In this document: positions 1-12,580 of the stretch, in pieces
Layout: every line of letters begins with the position of its first letter
How positions within the stretch are numbered: the stretch's first letter is position 1
Assembly (NCBI GenBank): GCA_965199955.1
Contig: CBDATQ010000002.1
Location: 480,001-544,000, forward strand
DNA: 64,000 nucleotides
Origin: Spirochaetia bacterium
GTDB lineage: Bacteria > Spirochaetota > Spirochaetia > SZUA-6 > Bin103
Direction of reading: 5' to 3'
The notes under the pieces: model-generated
Seen by the model: only the letters and a program-made list of their open reading frames with translations
Databases searched by the model: none
Told to the model about the DNA's origin: nothing
Translations under genes and position numbers: made by a program

Positions 1-2
1 AG

Positions 3-179
3 CGGCTGGTGATCGATCGGATCGATCGCCTTGAGGTGCGCGACGTGGAGCGCATCCTGCTGACCGTGATCGCCAGGCACCTGAAGTGGATCAACCTGTT
101 CGGCGCGTTGATCGGATCGCTGATCGGGCTGTCGCAGCTAGCCCTGCGCGGCGCCGGCGCTGCGGGCGCCGGCTTCTGA
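3..179 (+). CDS. C-terminal end of DUF445 (YheB-like) membrane protein, partial at window edge
   Basis: Frame 3 reads ...VIDRIDRLEVRDVERILLTVIARHLKWINLFGALIGSLIGLSQL...*, which resembles the DUF445 C-terminus (EL..I..lG..lG..iGl.Q). Confidence 0.7.
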   Translation, partial: RLVIDRIDRLEVRDVERILLTVIARHLKWINLFGALIGSLIGLSQLALRGAGAAGAGF

Positions 180-944
180 GCTGGTGCCGCTCCCCGGCCG
201 GGCGACCGCGGCCGCTCTGGCGACGATCCAGTCCTGCATGGCGGCCAGGCGGCTGCGCAGCGATGCCTCCACGAAGCGCTCGAGGACGTTCGGCGCCTGC
301 GCGGCTACCAGTCCGTACACCGTCCACGCCCCGGTGCCTGAGGAACCTGCGGGGGCGATCAGCAGCGCGATCAGCAGCCGATCCGAGTCGATCAGACGGA
401 TCCTCAGGACGCTGAGCGGCAGCGGGTTGCTGACGATCAGCAGGATGGCGTCGTCCGCGGTGCGGTACTCCAGCCGGTATGGCGCCCTGCCGAAGGAGGC
501 GTCGTCGACCAGCGCGAACGCCTCGCCGCGGCCGCCGGCTCCCGGGACCGGGTCGGGCAGGGCGGCGCCGTGGGTGTCGATGGCATGCGCGGTCTTGAAC
601 AACACCCGCTCGCCCCGGTACAGGACCGAGAAGTACCGGATGCCCTGCAGGGTGCTGATCGCGTGCAGCGCCTCGTACAGGTCGGCGGTCGTGGCGCCGT
701 TGGCCGGCAGCTCGCCACGGGTCTCGAACGCATGGCTGGGCAGGAGCGCGGCGAACCGTTCGTGCACTTCCCGGCCGAGCGCGGTGTCGGCCGGCATGCA
801 GGCGAGCGCGCCATCCGCGCGCTGCACGGCGGGGAACTCCCGTCCGTCGTCGGCGACCATCCGGCCCGACGGGAGACACGCCGAGGCCGGGGCCGCCCCG
901 ATGACGGCCGGCAGCAGCAGGCACAGCGCCGTGCCCAGAAGCAC
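138..944 (-). CDS. Exported protein, DUF6675-like (spirochaete family)
   Basis: Signal-peptide-like N-terminus (VLLGTALCLLLPAVIGAAPA); motifs ISTLQGIRYFS and DASFG; start (GTG 944) inferred. Confidence 0.55.
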   Translation of the reverse strand: MLLGTALCLLLPAVIGAAPASACLPSGRMVADDGREFPAVQRADGALACMPADTALGREVHERFAALLPSHAFETRGELPANGATTADLYEALHAISTLQGIRYFSVLYRGERVLFKTAHAIDTHGAALPDPVPGAGGRGEAFALVDDASFGRAPYRLEYRTADDAILLIVSNPLPLSVLRIRLIDSDRLLIALLIAPAGSSGTGAWTVYGLVAAQAPNVLERFVEASLRSRLAAMQDWIVARAAAVARPGSGTSSEAGARSAGAAQG

Positions 945-974
945 TCGGCGCGGGCGGCGGTGGGGGAACGGACG

Positions 975-2102
975 ATGCGGGCGGAGACGGTAGCGGGCGC
1001 TACGGTAGCGCTGGCCGGCGGCGGCACCGCCGGGCACGTCAATCCGGGCCTGGAGGTGGCGCGGATGCTGCGCGCGCACGGCCTGCACGTGTTCTGGCTC
1101 GGCACCCACGGCGCTCTTGAGGCGCGGCTGGTGCGTGCGGCCGGCATCGAGTTCCATGCGCTCCCCGCGGGTAAGTTGCGACGGTATGCCTCGCTGCGCA
1201 ACATCACCGACATCGGGCGCACCGGCGCGGGCGTCCTGGGCGCGGTACGGATCCTGCGCCGCGAGCGGGCCGGCGTGCTGTTCGCCAAGGGCGGCTTCGC
1301 CAGCGTGCCGCCGGCGGCGGCTGCGGCACTGCTCGGAATCCCGGTCGTCACCCACGAGTCGGACAGCACGGCCGGTCTGGCGACGAGGATCATCTCGCTG
1401 GTCGCCAGACGGGTGCTGCTGTCCTGGCCGTCGTCGTCGGCCACGCTGCCGTTGCCCGCGCGCGCCCGGCTCACGGGTTTGCCGGTGCGCACCGAGATGC
1501 GCGCGGGCGACCCGGGGCGCGGGCGGCGGTATCTTGGGGTCGGAGACCGGACCCGGATCATGCTGGTAGTCGGAGGCAGCCTGGGCGCGGCAACGCTGAA
1601 TCACATGGTCGGCGAAGCAAGGGCGGAGCTGACGCGCGACTGGATGGTCGTCCACCAGACCGGCAGGCAGAACGGCGGGCAGGCCGTGGACGACCCGGGC
1701 TACCGCGCGCAGCCCTACTTCGATGAGGAGTTTCCCGACGTGCTGGCGGCCGCGGACGTCGTCGTGAGCCGAGCCGGGGCGACTTCCCTTGCCGAGTTCG
1801 CGGCGACCGGGACGGCCGCCGTGCTGGTGCCGCTGCCGCGGTCCTCGAGCCGGGGCGAACAGATCGTCAACGCCCGCTTGCTGGCGGACGCGGGCGCGGC
1901 CCTGGTCCTGCAGCCCGGTGCGCAGACCGCGTCCGGGCTGGTGCGGTGCGCGCGCCGCCTGGCGGACGATCGGCTCCGCGCCCGCATGTCAGCCGCGATA
2001 CGCTCGCTGGATCGGCCGGGCGCCACCGCCGAGGTCGTCCGGCACACGCTGCGGGCGGCCGGACTGGCGTTGCCCGGCCGGCAGTGCCGGATCACGGAGT
2101 GA
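975..2102 (+). CDS. murG: UDP-N-acetylglucosamine:lipid I GlcNAc transferase MurG
   Basis: GGGTAGHV, GKLRRY, KGGFAS, HESD, GGSLGA, SRAGA and EQ..NA motifs. Confidence 0.95.
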   Translation: MRAETVAGATVALAGGGTAGHVNPGLEVARMLRAHGLHVFWLGTHGALEARLVRAAGIEFHALPAGKLRRYASLRNITDIGRTGAGVLGAVRILRRERAGVLFAKGGFASVPPAAAAALLGIPVVTHESDSTAGLATRIISLVARRVLLSWPSSSATLPLPARARLTGLPVRTEMRAGDPGRGRRYLGVGDRTRIMLVVGGSLGAATLNHMVGEARAELTRDWMVVHQTGRQNGGQAVDDPGYRAQPYFDEEFPDVLAAADVVVSRAGATSLAEFAATGTAAVLVPLPRSSSRGEQIVNARLLADAGAALVLQPGAQTASGLVRCARRLADDRLRARMSAAIRSLDRPGATAEVVRHTLRAAGLALPGRQCRITE

Positions 2103-2142
2103 TGGCCGATCACCGAGTGATGGAGGATCACCGAGTGATGAG
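2089..2142. repeat. 3 x 18-bp tandem repeat with palindromic core ATCAC-N3-GTGAT spanning the murG stop
   Basis: ATCACGGAGTGAT at 2091, ATCACCGAGTGAT at 2109 and 2127. Confidence 0.85.
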
Positions 2143-2145
2143 GGC

Positions 2146-2709
2146 ATGACCGAGTTCCTGCAGGACCTCCGCGATCAGATTCCGGTCTTCATGGACCGGC
2201 TGGCCGTCGTCCTGGCCGGGCTGGGCACCCTGGACGTGGTGCTGATCCTGGTCACCCTGATCCTGGCGATCCGCGCCGCGATCCGCGGCTTCGTGGCGGA
2301 GGCGTTCGGCGTCGCCGCGGTGGTCGCCGGCATCGCCGTGGCCGCCGTGCTGGTGGTGCCGGCCAGCGCCTACGTCGACGTCGCTACCGGCAGTGAATCG
2401 TTCTGGAACAAGGTGGTCGCCTTTCTGGTGCTGTTCCTCATCACCTACTTGGTGCTCAAGCTCCTGGAGCACATTCTCCAGCGCGTATCGCGGACCCTGC
2501 GCCTGCAACAGCTCGACCACCTGTTCGGCCTGGCGCTGGGCGTCGCCGAAGGGGCGGTGATCGGCGCCCTGGCGATCGCCGGGATGCACGCTCAGCCGTG
2601 GGTCCCGGAGGCCGCCGGCTTGCTCGAGGCGAGCGTGGCAGCGCAGTTCGCCGAGCAGACGCTCGGCATCGGCCCGCCCGCGACCGGGAGCGCAGCCGAT
2701 GTTCGCTGA
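2146..2709 (+). CDS. cvpA: CvpA family (colicin V production) membrane protein
   Basis: LDVVLI...RGFVAEAF...LDHLFGLALG pattern; several TM segments; lies between murG and the clamp-loader gene as in spirochaetes. Confidence 0.85.
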   Translation: MTEFLQDLRDQIPVFMDRLAVVLAGLGTLDVVLILVTLILAIRAAIRGFVAEAFGVAAVVAGIAVAAVLVVPASAYVDVATGSESFWNKVVAFLVLFLITYLVLKLLEHILQRVSRTLRLQQLDHLFGLALGVAEGAVIGALAIAGMHAQPWVPEAAGLLEASVAAQFAEQTLGIGPPATGSAADVR

Positions 2710-3865
2710 CCTGATCGGCCACGCAGGCACCGCCGACCGCTTGCGCCGGGCGGTGAGGGAGGGAACGCTGGCGCCGGCGGTGCTGTTCGAAGGCCCGCCG
2801 GCGGCCGGCAAGCTGACCGCGGCGCTGGAGCTGGGGCGCGTGCTGAACTGCCGGTCGGACGGCGAGCCGGGCTGTCGCTGCCCGTCATGCGGGAGCCACC
2901 GGGCGGGTCAGGACCCGCACGTCCTGATGCTGGGAGGGCGCGACTTCGCCGCGGAGATCGCCGCCGCCGCGGCGGCGATCTCCAGGTCCGACACGGCCGC
3001 GACGCGGGCGCTGTTCGTGCGCTCGGTGCGCACCCTGACGCGCCGCTTCGACGAGCTGCTGTGGGCCGGCTCCGAGCCGCGGCTGCGAAGGCTGCGCCCG
3101 CGCGTGGCAGAGCTGGAAGAGCGGCTGGAGGCGCTGCGCACCGACGGCACGGCGGAGGTGGCGGGCGACCTGGCGCGCGGCGCGAACCTGGAGGCGGTGT
3201 CCGTGAACGCCGTGCGTGCGATCGAGATCTGGGCGCGGGTGGCGACGCCCGGCGTCAAGGTGATCATCGTGGAGGTACGGCGCTGGTTGCCGGAGCCGGC
3301 CTCCAACGCGTTGCTGCGCACGGTGGAAGAACCGCCGGCCCGCACGCACTTCATATTCACCGCGCCGTCGCCGCAGGCCTTGATCCCGACCCTGCTGTCG
3401 CGGCTGTCCCGCTACCGGTTCGCGGAGCGCAGCGCGGCCGAGCAGCGCCGCGTGATCGGGAAGGTGTTCGGCGACCCGGAGGCGGACGCCGCGTCGGTGG
3501 CCGACTACCTGGCCGGCCGGCGTGCGGCCGGCACGTCCGCGGCCGGCGCGGCCGACCTGCAGCGCGCGGCGGCGCTGTTCTGCGATACTGCCCTGGCCGG
3601 CGGCGCCTGGGATGACGCCGGCATCGCCGTGCCGGCCGACCGCGACGAGAGCTTCGCGTTCCTGCAGTCCTGTGCCGAGCATCTGCGTTCCCTGCTCAGG
3701 TCGCCCGAACGCGTCGCCGAGGTGCAGCGCATCGAGCGCTGGTACCGGTTCCTCGATGACGCGGCATGGAGGGTGAAGACCATGAACATGAACCCCGAGG
3801 CCACCGTCGCCGACATCGCCCGCGGCATGGCCGCCGGCGGCGAACCGCCGATGAGGCGCACATGA
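2699..3865 (+). CDS. DNA polymerase III clamp-loader subunit (delta-prime / gamma-tau-like)
   Basis: FADLIGH, LFEGPPAAGKLT, C-x-C-xx-C zinc motif, NALLRTVEEPP, PTLLSR. Confidence 0.8.
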   Translation: MFADLIGHAGTADRLRRAVREGTLAPAVLFEGPPAAGKLTAALELGRVLNCRSDGEPGCRCPSCGSHRAGQDPHVLMLGGRDFAAEIAAAAAAISRSDTAATRALFVRSVRTLTRRFDELLWAGSEPRLRRLRPRVAELEERLEALRTDGTAEVAGDLARGANLEAVSVNAVRAIEIWARVATPGVKVIIVEVRRWLPEPASNALLRTVEEPPARTHFIFTAPSPQALIPTLLSRLSRYRFAERSAAEQRRVIGKVFGDPEADAASVADYLAGRRAAGTSAAGAADLQRAAALFCDTALAGGAWDDAGIAVPADRDESFAFLQSCAEHLRSLLRSPERVAEVQRIERWYRFLDDAAWRVKTMNMNPEATVADIARGMAAGGEPPMRRT

Positions 3866-5021
3866 GCCGCTTCTACCAGAAGGCGATCGAACGGCTCGAC
3901 CGCCTGGACCCGATGCAGGCCGGCACGCTGCTGCGCGGCCTGTCGGCCGAAAACGACCTGCTGGCCATGGTGCTGGAGGCGATGACCGACGGCATCATCG
4001 TCCTCGACGAGGCGCACGGCATCCGCCTGATCAACAAGGCGGTGGAGCGCATGCTGCCGTTCGTCGACGATGAGCTGACCGGCCGCGCGGTCTGGCAGGT
4101 CGTCGACGACGAGCAGGTGGCGGAGTTCCTGCGCGACACGCTGATCGGCTCCGACCGGGTCCTGGACGGCGAGTTCACGCTGGAAGGCGCGCACGCGGCG
4201 ACACTGGAGATTACCATCGTTCCCCTGGTGCGCGACCGCCGGATCGACGGCAGCCTCGTGCACGTGGACGACATCACCGAGCGCCGCTCGGAAGAGGCGA
4301 GGCTGCGGCGGGCGGAGAGCCTGGCGTCGATGACGACGCTGGCGGCCGGCGTCGCGCACGAGATCCGCAACCCGCTCACGTCCATGAGCATCCACCTGCA
4401 GCTCATCCAGCGATCGCTGGGCGGCGGCCAGGACGTGCCGGCCGAGATCGACGAGAGCCTGAGCACGATGACCGAGGAGATTCAGCGCCTCAACAAGATC
4501 GTCGTCGACTTCCTGTTCGCCGTGCGGCCGATGAACTCGGAGTTGCGCGAGGGGGACATCAACGACGTCCTGCATCCGCTGCTGGCGTTCCTGCGCCCGG
4601 AGCTGAGCGCGAGCGGCATCGAGGTCGTCGAGAAGCTGGCGTCGCGGTTGCCGCCCGCCCATATCGACGAGCGGCTGCTGCGCGAGGCGCTTCTGAACAT
4701 CGTCAAGAACGCCAAGGCGGCGATGCCGGCCGGCGGGACGCTCACCGTGGGCACGATGCTGGACGGCGAGCGCATCTGCATCACCGTGCAGGACAACGGC
4801 ACCGGCATTCCCGACGACATCGCCGACAAGATCTTCGAACCGTATTTCACGACGCGCGAGTTCGGGTCCGGACTCGGTCTGACGCTCACCTACAAGATCA
4901 TCAAGGAGCACGCCGGCGACATCGAAGTGTCCTCCAGGCCCGGCGCCGGTACGACGTTCCGGGTCTGCATTCCGGTCTCGCCCCGCGCCCGGCGTATGGT
5001 GGAGTATCAGGCGGTCGCGAA

Positions 5022-5025
<4 letters not shown>
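3862..5025 (+). CDS. Cytoplasmic PAS sensor histidine kinase (Hk2/AtoS-like)
   Basis: PAS region (DGIIVLD..INKAVE), H-box AHEIRNPL, N-box NIVKNA, DNGTGI, FEPYFTT, GSGLGL; no TM segment. Confidence 0.92.
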
Positions 5026-6449
<1,424 letters not shown>

Positions 6450-6467
6450 GACGGCCCCGGCCGGCGG

Positions 6468-6878
6468 TTACGAGGCTTCGGATGCTTCGCGGATGCGGTT
6501 GAAGGATGCGTTGAGCTTCGCGGAGATCTGGGTCGCGACCCGTTGCCGCTCTGGATCGTCGGCGTAGCGGTCGGGGTGGTAGGTGCGCATCAGCCGCCGG
6601 TATGCCTGCTTGACCGTGGCGAAGTCGGTGCCCGGCTCCAGCTCCAGGTTGCGGTAGTCCTGTGCGGCCGCCTGCGGCCGTTGCCGGTACCCGGCCGATC
6701 CCCCCGCGCCGCCTGTGCCGTCGCCGCCAGGGGGGCGCTCCGCGCCGGTGCGCAGATACTCCTCCAGCTCCTCCCACGCCTCAGAGTAGAACCTGTCCGT
6801 CCTCCGCCGGTCCGAGTCCTCGTCGGGCTTCAGGAGCGTCTTGATGACCCGCTCGACGCGAGAGAAGAACGCATCCAT
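6468..6878 (-). CDS. Small protein with C-terminal J domain
   Basis: YRNLEL...VKQAYRRLMRTYHPD...KLNASF; HPD motif; start uncertain (6878 or 6893). Confidence 0.8.
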   Translation of the reverse strand: MDAFFSRVERVIKTLLKPDEDSDRRRTDRFYSEAWEELEEYLRTGAERPPGGDGTGGAGGSAGYRQRPQAAAQDYRNLELEPGTDFATVKQAYRRLMRTYHPDRYADDPERQRVATQISAKLNASFNRIREASEAS

Positions 6879-6980
6879 CCCCGAGCCGTGCATGCCTGTG
6901 CCTTCCACCTGCCGGATCGATCCTATCGGGGTGCCGGGCCGGGGACAACGTCCGCGAACGGACAGCGCGGACTCAGGCAC

Positions 6981-7017
6981 GAAAAAAGGGCCCGCTCCCC
7001 GAAAGAAGCGGGCCTTG
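6981..7017 (-). terminator. Rho-independent terminator of groES
   Basis: Minus strand AAGGCCCGCTTC-TTTCG-GGGAGCGGGCCC followed by a T6 tract. Confidence 0.8.
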
Positions 7018-7024
7018 GCGCGTG

Positions 7025-7088
7025 CAGGGCCGCGCGGTCAACAGGGCCGCGCGGTCAACAGGGCCGCGCAGTCAACAGGGCCGCGCGG
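7025..7088. repeat. About 4 x 17-bp tandem repeat CAGGGCCGCGCGGTCAA in the groES 3' UTR
   Basis: Units start at 7025, 7042, 7059 and 7076 (last one partial). Confidence 0.9.
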
Positions 7089-7089
7089 G

Positions 7090-7353
7090 CTAGCTGACGA
7101 CCGCGAGCACGTCGGCGGCCTTGATGATGAGCTGTTCCTCACCCTCCACCTTGATCGTGGTCCCGGCGTACTTGTCGTAGATGATCTTGTCGTCCGTCTT
7201 GACCTTGATCTCTTCGTCGTCGCCGATTGCCAGCACGACCCCTTCCTGAGTCTTTTCCTGGGCGGTCTCCGGAATGTAGATACCGCCCGAGGTCTGCGTC
7301 TCCGCGTCGACAGTCTTGACCAGGATTCTGTCACCGATGGGCTGAATCTTCAT
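7090..7353 (-). CDS. groES: Co-chaperonin GroES (no adjacent groEL)
   Basis: MKIQPIGDRILVK...TSGGIYIPETAQEK...GVVLAIG...YDKYAGT. Confidence 0.97.
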   Translation of the reverse strand: MKIQPIGDRILVKTVDAETQTSGGIYIPETAQEKTQEGVVLAIGDDEEIKVKTDDKIIYDKYAGTTIKVEGEEQLIIKAADVLAVVS

Positions 7354-7421
7354 GAATTCCTCGCTGTATTGATGAGTGGTGTAGCGCCGGCCGGGGCCGC
7401 AGCGCGTTGTGATTGCTGCCG

Positions 7422-7450
7422 AATATACGGACGCCCCTCGGGAGCGTCAA
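7422..7450 (-). promoter_or_regulatory. Sigma70-type promoter for groES
   Basis: Minus strand TTGACG-17 bp-TATATT. Confidence 0.7.
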
Positions 7451-7628
7451 GACCGATCGAGGGATTGCGCCTGCCCCGCCGATGCAGGGTAAATCTGACA
7501 CGACCTGATGCCGATTCCTTGGACAAGCGGGTCATTATGACCCATGGGGCTGTCGTGGCCGATCGACCGTCTTGACTGCAAAGATCATGCCTGCAAACAA
7601 ATAACCATTTCAAGACGAGCCAGCGGGA

Positions 7629-7645
7629 TTGGCACGCATATTGCT
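7629..7645 (+). promoter_or_regulatory. Sigma54 (-24/-12) promoter upstream of the sigma factor gene
   Basis: TTGGCAC-GCATA-TTGCT is an exact match to TGGCAC-N5-TTGCW, 24 nt before ATG 7670. Confidence 0.85.
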
Positions 7646-7669
7646 TCAATGGTGACGAGGTAAGAGAAG

Positions 7670-8518
7670 ATGGCAAGAGAGACATCCAGCGATGACAGCG
7701 TTCTCGCGCGGTACCTGCGCGAGATCAATCGCATTCCGCTGCTCACCAGAGAAGAGGAAGAGCACCTGGCCCGCAAGGTTGCGGCGGGCGACAATGACGC
7801 CAAGGAAGCGCTGGCGCGCGCCAACCTCCGGTTCGTGGTGAACGTCGCCAAGCGGTACCAGAATCAGGGCCTGCCGCTGCTGGACCTGATCAGCGAAGGG
7901 AACATCGGACTCCTGCACGCGATCGACCGATTCGACGTGGACAAGGGCTATCATTTCATCTCCTACGCCGTATGGTGGATCAAGCAGGCGATCCTGAAGG
8001 CGGTGTGCGAGCAGTCCCGCCTGATCCGGCTCCCGCTGAACCGCGCCAACGAGCTGGTGCAGATCGACCGCGCGCGCAAGGAAGTGCAGAGCGAGACCGG
8101 CAAGGAAGGGACGGCCGAGCAGATCGGCAAGCGTCTGCAACTCAAGCCGGAGCTGGTCGAGGAGCTGACCTCGATCTCCCGCGAGCTGGTTTCGCTCGAC
8201 GCGCCGATGTACGCCGACTCCGAATCCGCCAACCGGTCGGAGTTCGTCGAGGATCCGAGGGGCGAAGCCCCGGACGACAGCACCCTGATGCGGTCCCTGC
8301 GCGAGGACATCGCCACCGTGCTGCGCTCGCTCACCAACCGTGAGGCCGACATCATCAAGCACCGCTTCGGGCTGGAGGGGCGCCGGCCGCTCTCCCTGAA
8401 GGAGATCGGGCTGCGCTACCACCTGACCAAGGAGCGCATCCGCCAGATCGAGAAGAAGGCGCTGCGCCAGCTTCGCCATCCTTCCCGCGCGCAATACCTG
8501 GAAGCCTACGTGGCCTGA
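7670..8518 (+). CDS. Sigma70-family factor lacking region 1.1 (RpoS-like / group 2)
   Basis: YLREINRIPLLT (1.2), ANLRFVVNVAKRY, DLISEGNIGL, FISYAVWWIKQAI, LTKERIRQIEKKAL; only 282 aa. Confidence 0.9.
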   Translation: MARETSSDDSVLARYLREINRIPLLTREEEEHLARKVAAGDNDAKEALARANLRFVVNVAKRYQNQGLPLLDLISEGNIGLLHAIDRFDVDKGYHFISYAVWWIKQAILKAVCEQSRLIRLPLNRANELVQIDRARKEVQSETGKEGTAEQIGKRLQLKPELVEELTSISRELVSLDAPMYADSESANRSEFVEDPRGEAPDDSTLMRSLREDIATVLRSLTNREADIIKHRFGLEGRRPLSLKEIGLRYHLTKERIRQIEKKALRQLRHPSRAQYLEAYVA

Positions 8519-8757
8519 GCGACAAGAAGTTGCACGTGGCGGCTCCAGTTCTGTCCCAGTGGCGGAATGCCCTCCCCGCGAGCCGCGCCGCTCGCGGCCC
8601 AGCCGCTCCTTTGGCTTGAAGCGCATCGGTCCCGATGCGATCCAAGCCGGATACGGGTAGGCCCGGCGCCTGCGGTGTCGTCGTGGACCGCCTTGACAGC
8701 GTGAGTCCTGGGCTTTCTCCTACGGGCAACCCGGTCGCAGGACGGGAGGGGGCACAC

Positions 8758-11432
<2,675 letters not shown>

Positions 11433-11439
<7 letters not shown>

Positions 11440-11474
11440 AGGTCGAAACCTTCTACCTGAAGGTCGAACCCTTC
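11433..11474. repeat. 21-bp tandem duplication forming hairpins at the convergent ppdK / dioxygenase junction (possible bidirectional terminator)
   Basis: TACCTGAAGGTCGAAACCTTC followed by TACCTGAAGGTCGAACCCTTC; GAAGGT-CGAA-ACCTTC hairpin. Confidence 0.7.
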
Positions 11475-12352
11475 AGCTCGCGCTGCGTCTCGTAGATGGA
11501 GCCCGAGCGGATCGGCGGCGGCTGCGGCAGGCGCACCGGGGTCGAGGTCATGCGCACCTCATTGGAGGCCTCGCCGCGCACGAAGGTGGCGCGGTACTGG
11601 TCCCAGCTCATCTGCCCGCCCGCGATCCAGATCGGGTAGGCGTCGCCCGCGCAGTACATCAGCAGCAGCAGGCGGCGTGACGCCTGCGAGGCGTTGGGCA
11701 GCGACCCGTGCAGCGTGCGGACGTGGTGGATGGAAACGCCGCCGGCGGGCACCTCGATCGCCTCCGCGTCCTCGGCATCGAAGCCGTGCTCGGTGACCGC
11801 GCCGACGAAGGCTCCGTCCTGGTTGTGGTCCAGGATCGGGCCGCGATGCGATCCCGGGATCGCCAGCAGGCAGCCGTTCTCGCGCGTCATGTCGTCGATG
11901 GCCAGGCCCACCGCCAGCACGTCGTCGTTGGTGTGCGGGTAGAAGGCCCAGTCCTGGTGCCAATGCACGGGGCTGCCGAACTCGCCCGACTTCATGTTGA
12001 GCTTGCTGCCGTGCGTGCGCACCGCCCAGGTGCCCAGGAGCTGGCTGGACATCTCGACGATGCCCTCGTCACGCAGCGCGCGATCGTACTCCTCGTGCAC
12101 GAGGTGCGGCTCCTTGATGCGCCGCAGCTTGGGCTCCTCCGGCGTGTGGTCCGGCTCCAGGTCGAACACGTCGGTGTGCTCCGTGGTCTCACGCGACCGC
12201 TCGACGAAGTCGTCGGTGACCCGCTGCAGCTCGGCCACCTGCTCGTCCGGCAGGACCCTTTCGACCGCGATGTAGCCGCGCTCGTGGTACTCGTCGATCT
12301 GAGCCTGCGTCAGGTTCCGCGTCAGTTCCCGTGTCAGCCCCTGTGTCTGCAT
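11453..12352 (-). CDS. Phytanoyl-CoA dioxygenase (PhyH) family Fe/2OG oxygenase
   Basis: WHQDWAF (HxD), ENGCLLAIPGSH, HHVRTLHGS..N.S...RR. Confidence 0.9.
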   Translation of the reverse strand: MQTQGLTRELTRNLTQAQIDEYHERGYIAVERVLPDEQVAELQRVTDDFVERSRETTEHTDVFDLEPDHTPEEPKLRRIKEPHLVHEEYDRALRDEGIVEMSSQLLGTWAVRTHGSKLNMKSGEFGSPVHWHQDWAFYPHTNDDVLAVGLAIDDMTRENGCLLAIPGSHRGPILDHNQDGAFVGAVTEHGFDAEDAEAIEVPAGGVSIHHVRTLHGSLPNASQASRRLLLLMYCAGDAYPIWIAGGQMSWDQYRATFVRGEASNEVRMTSTPVRLPQPPPIRSGSIYETQRELKGSTFR

Positions 12353-12580
12353 GGTCAACTCCTCACCGCCCGACCGATAATACCCCTCCGGCGCAGGGCC
12401 GGCGAGTCGTGCCGCCGAGCGTTTGCATGCGTTGGCACCGGCCACGTACATTGCGCTGACCGTGGCCTCATCGCTGCTGCTGCCTGCACCAGCCAGGCGG
12501 ACTTCCGGGAGCGCCTGAGCCGCTGACGGGGCGACAGGCCAGCGCCGGTCCGCGCGTGGCGCCGGCACGGGGGAGATGAC

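Noticed and set aside
7025..7088. Possible mini-CRISPR array (also 2089-2142)
   Set aside because: Units are directly adjacent 17-18 bp repeats with no unique spacers, and no cas genes are in the window
7380..7620. CIRCE element or Fur/BosR box between groES and the sigma gene
   Set aside because: No TTAGCACTC-N9-GAGTGCTAA; the short palindrome GTCATTATGAC and AT-rich AAATAACCATTT are too weak to call
7670..8518. Primary sigma factor rpoD
   Set aside because: Too short, lacks region 1.1, and is preceded by a sigma54 promoter; the symbol rpoS is also withheld pending phylogeny
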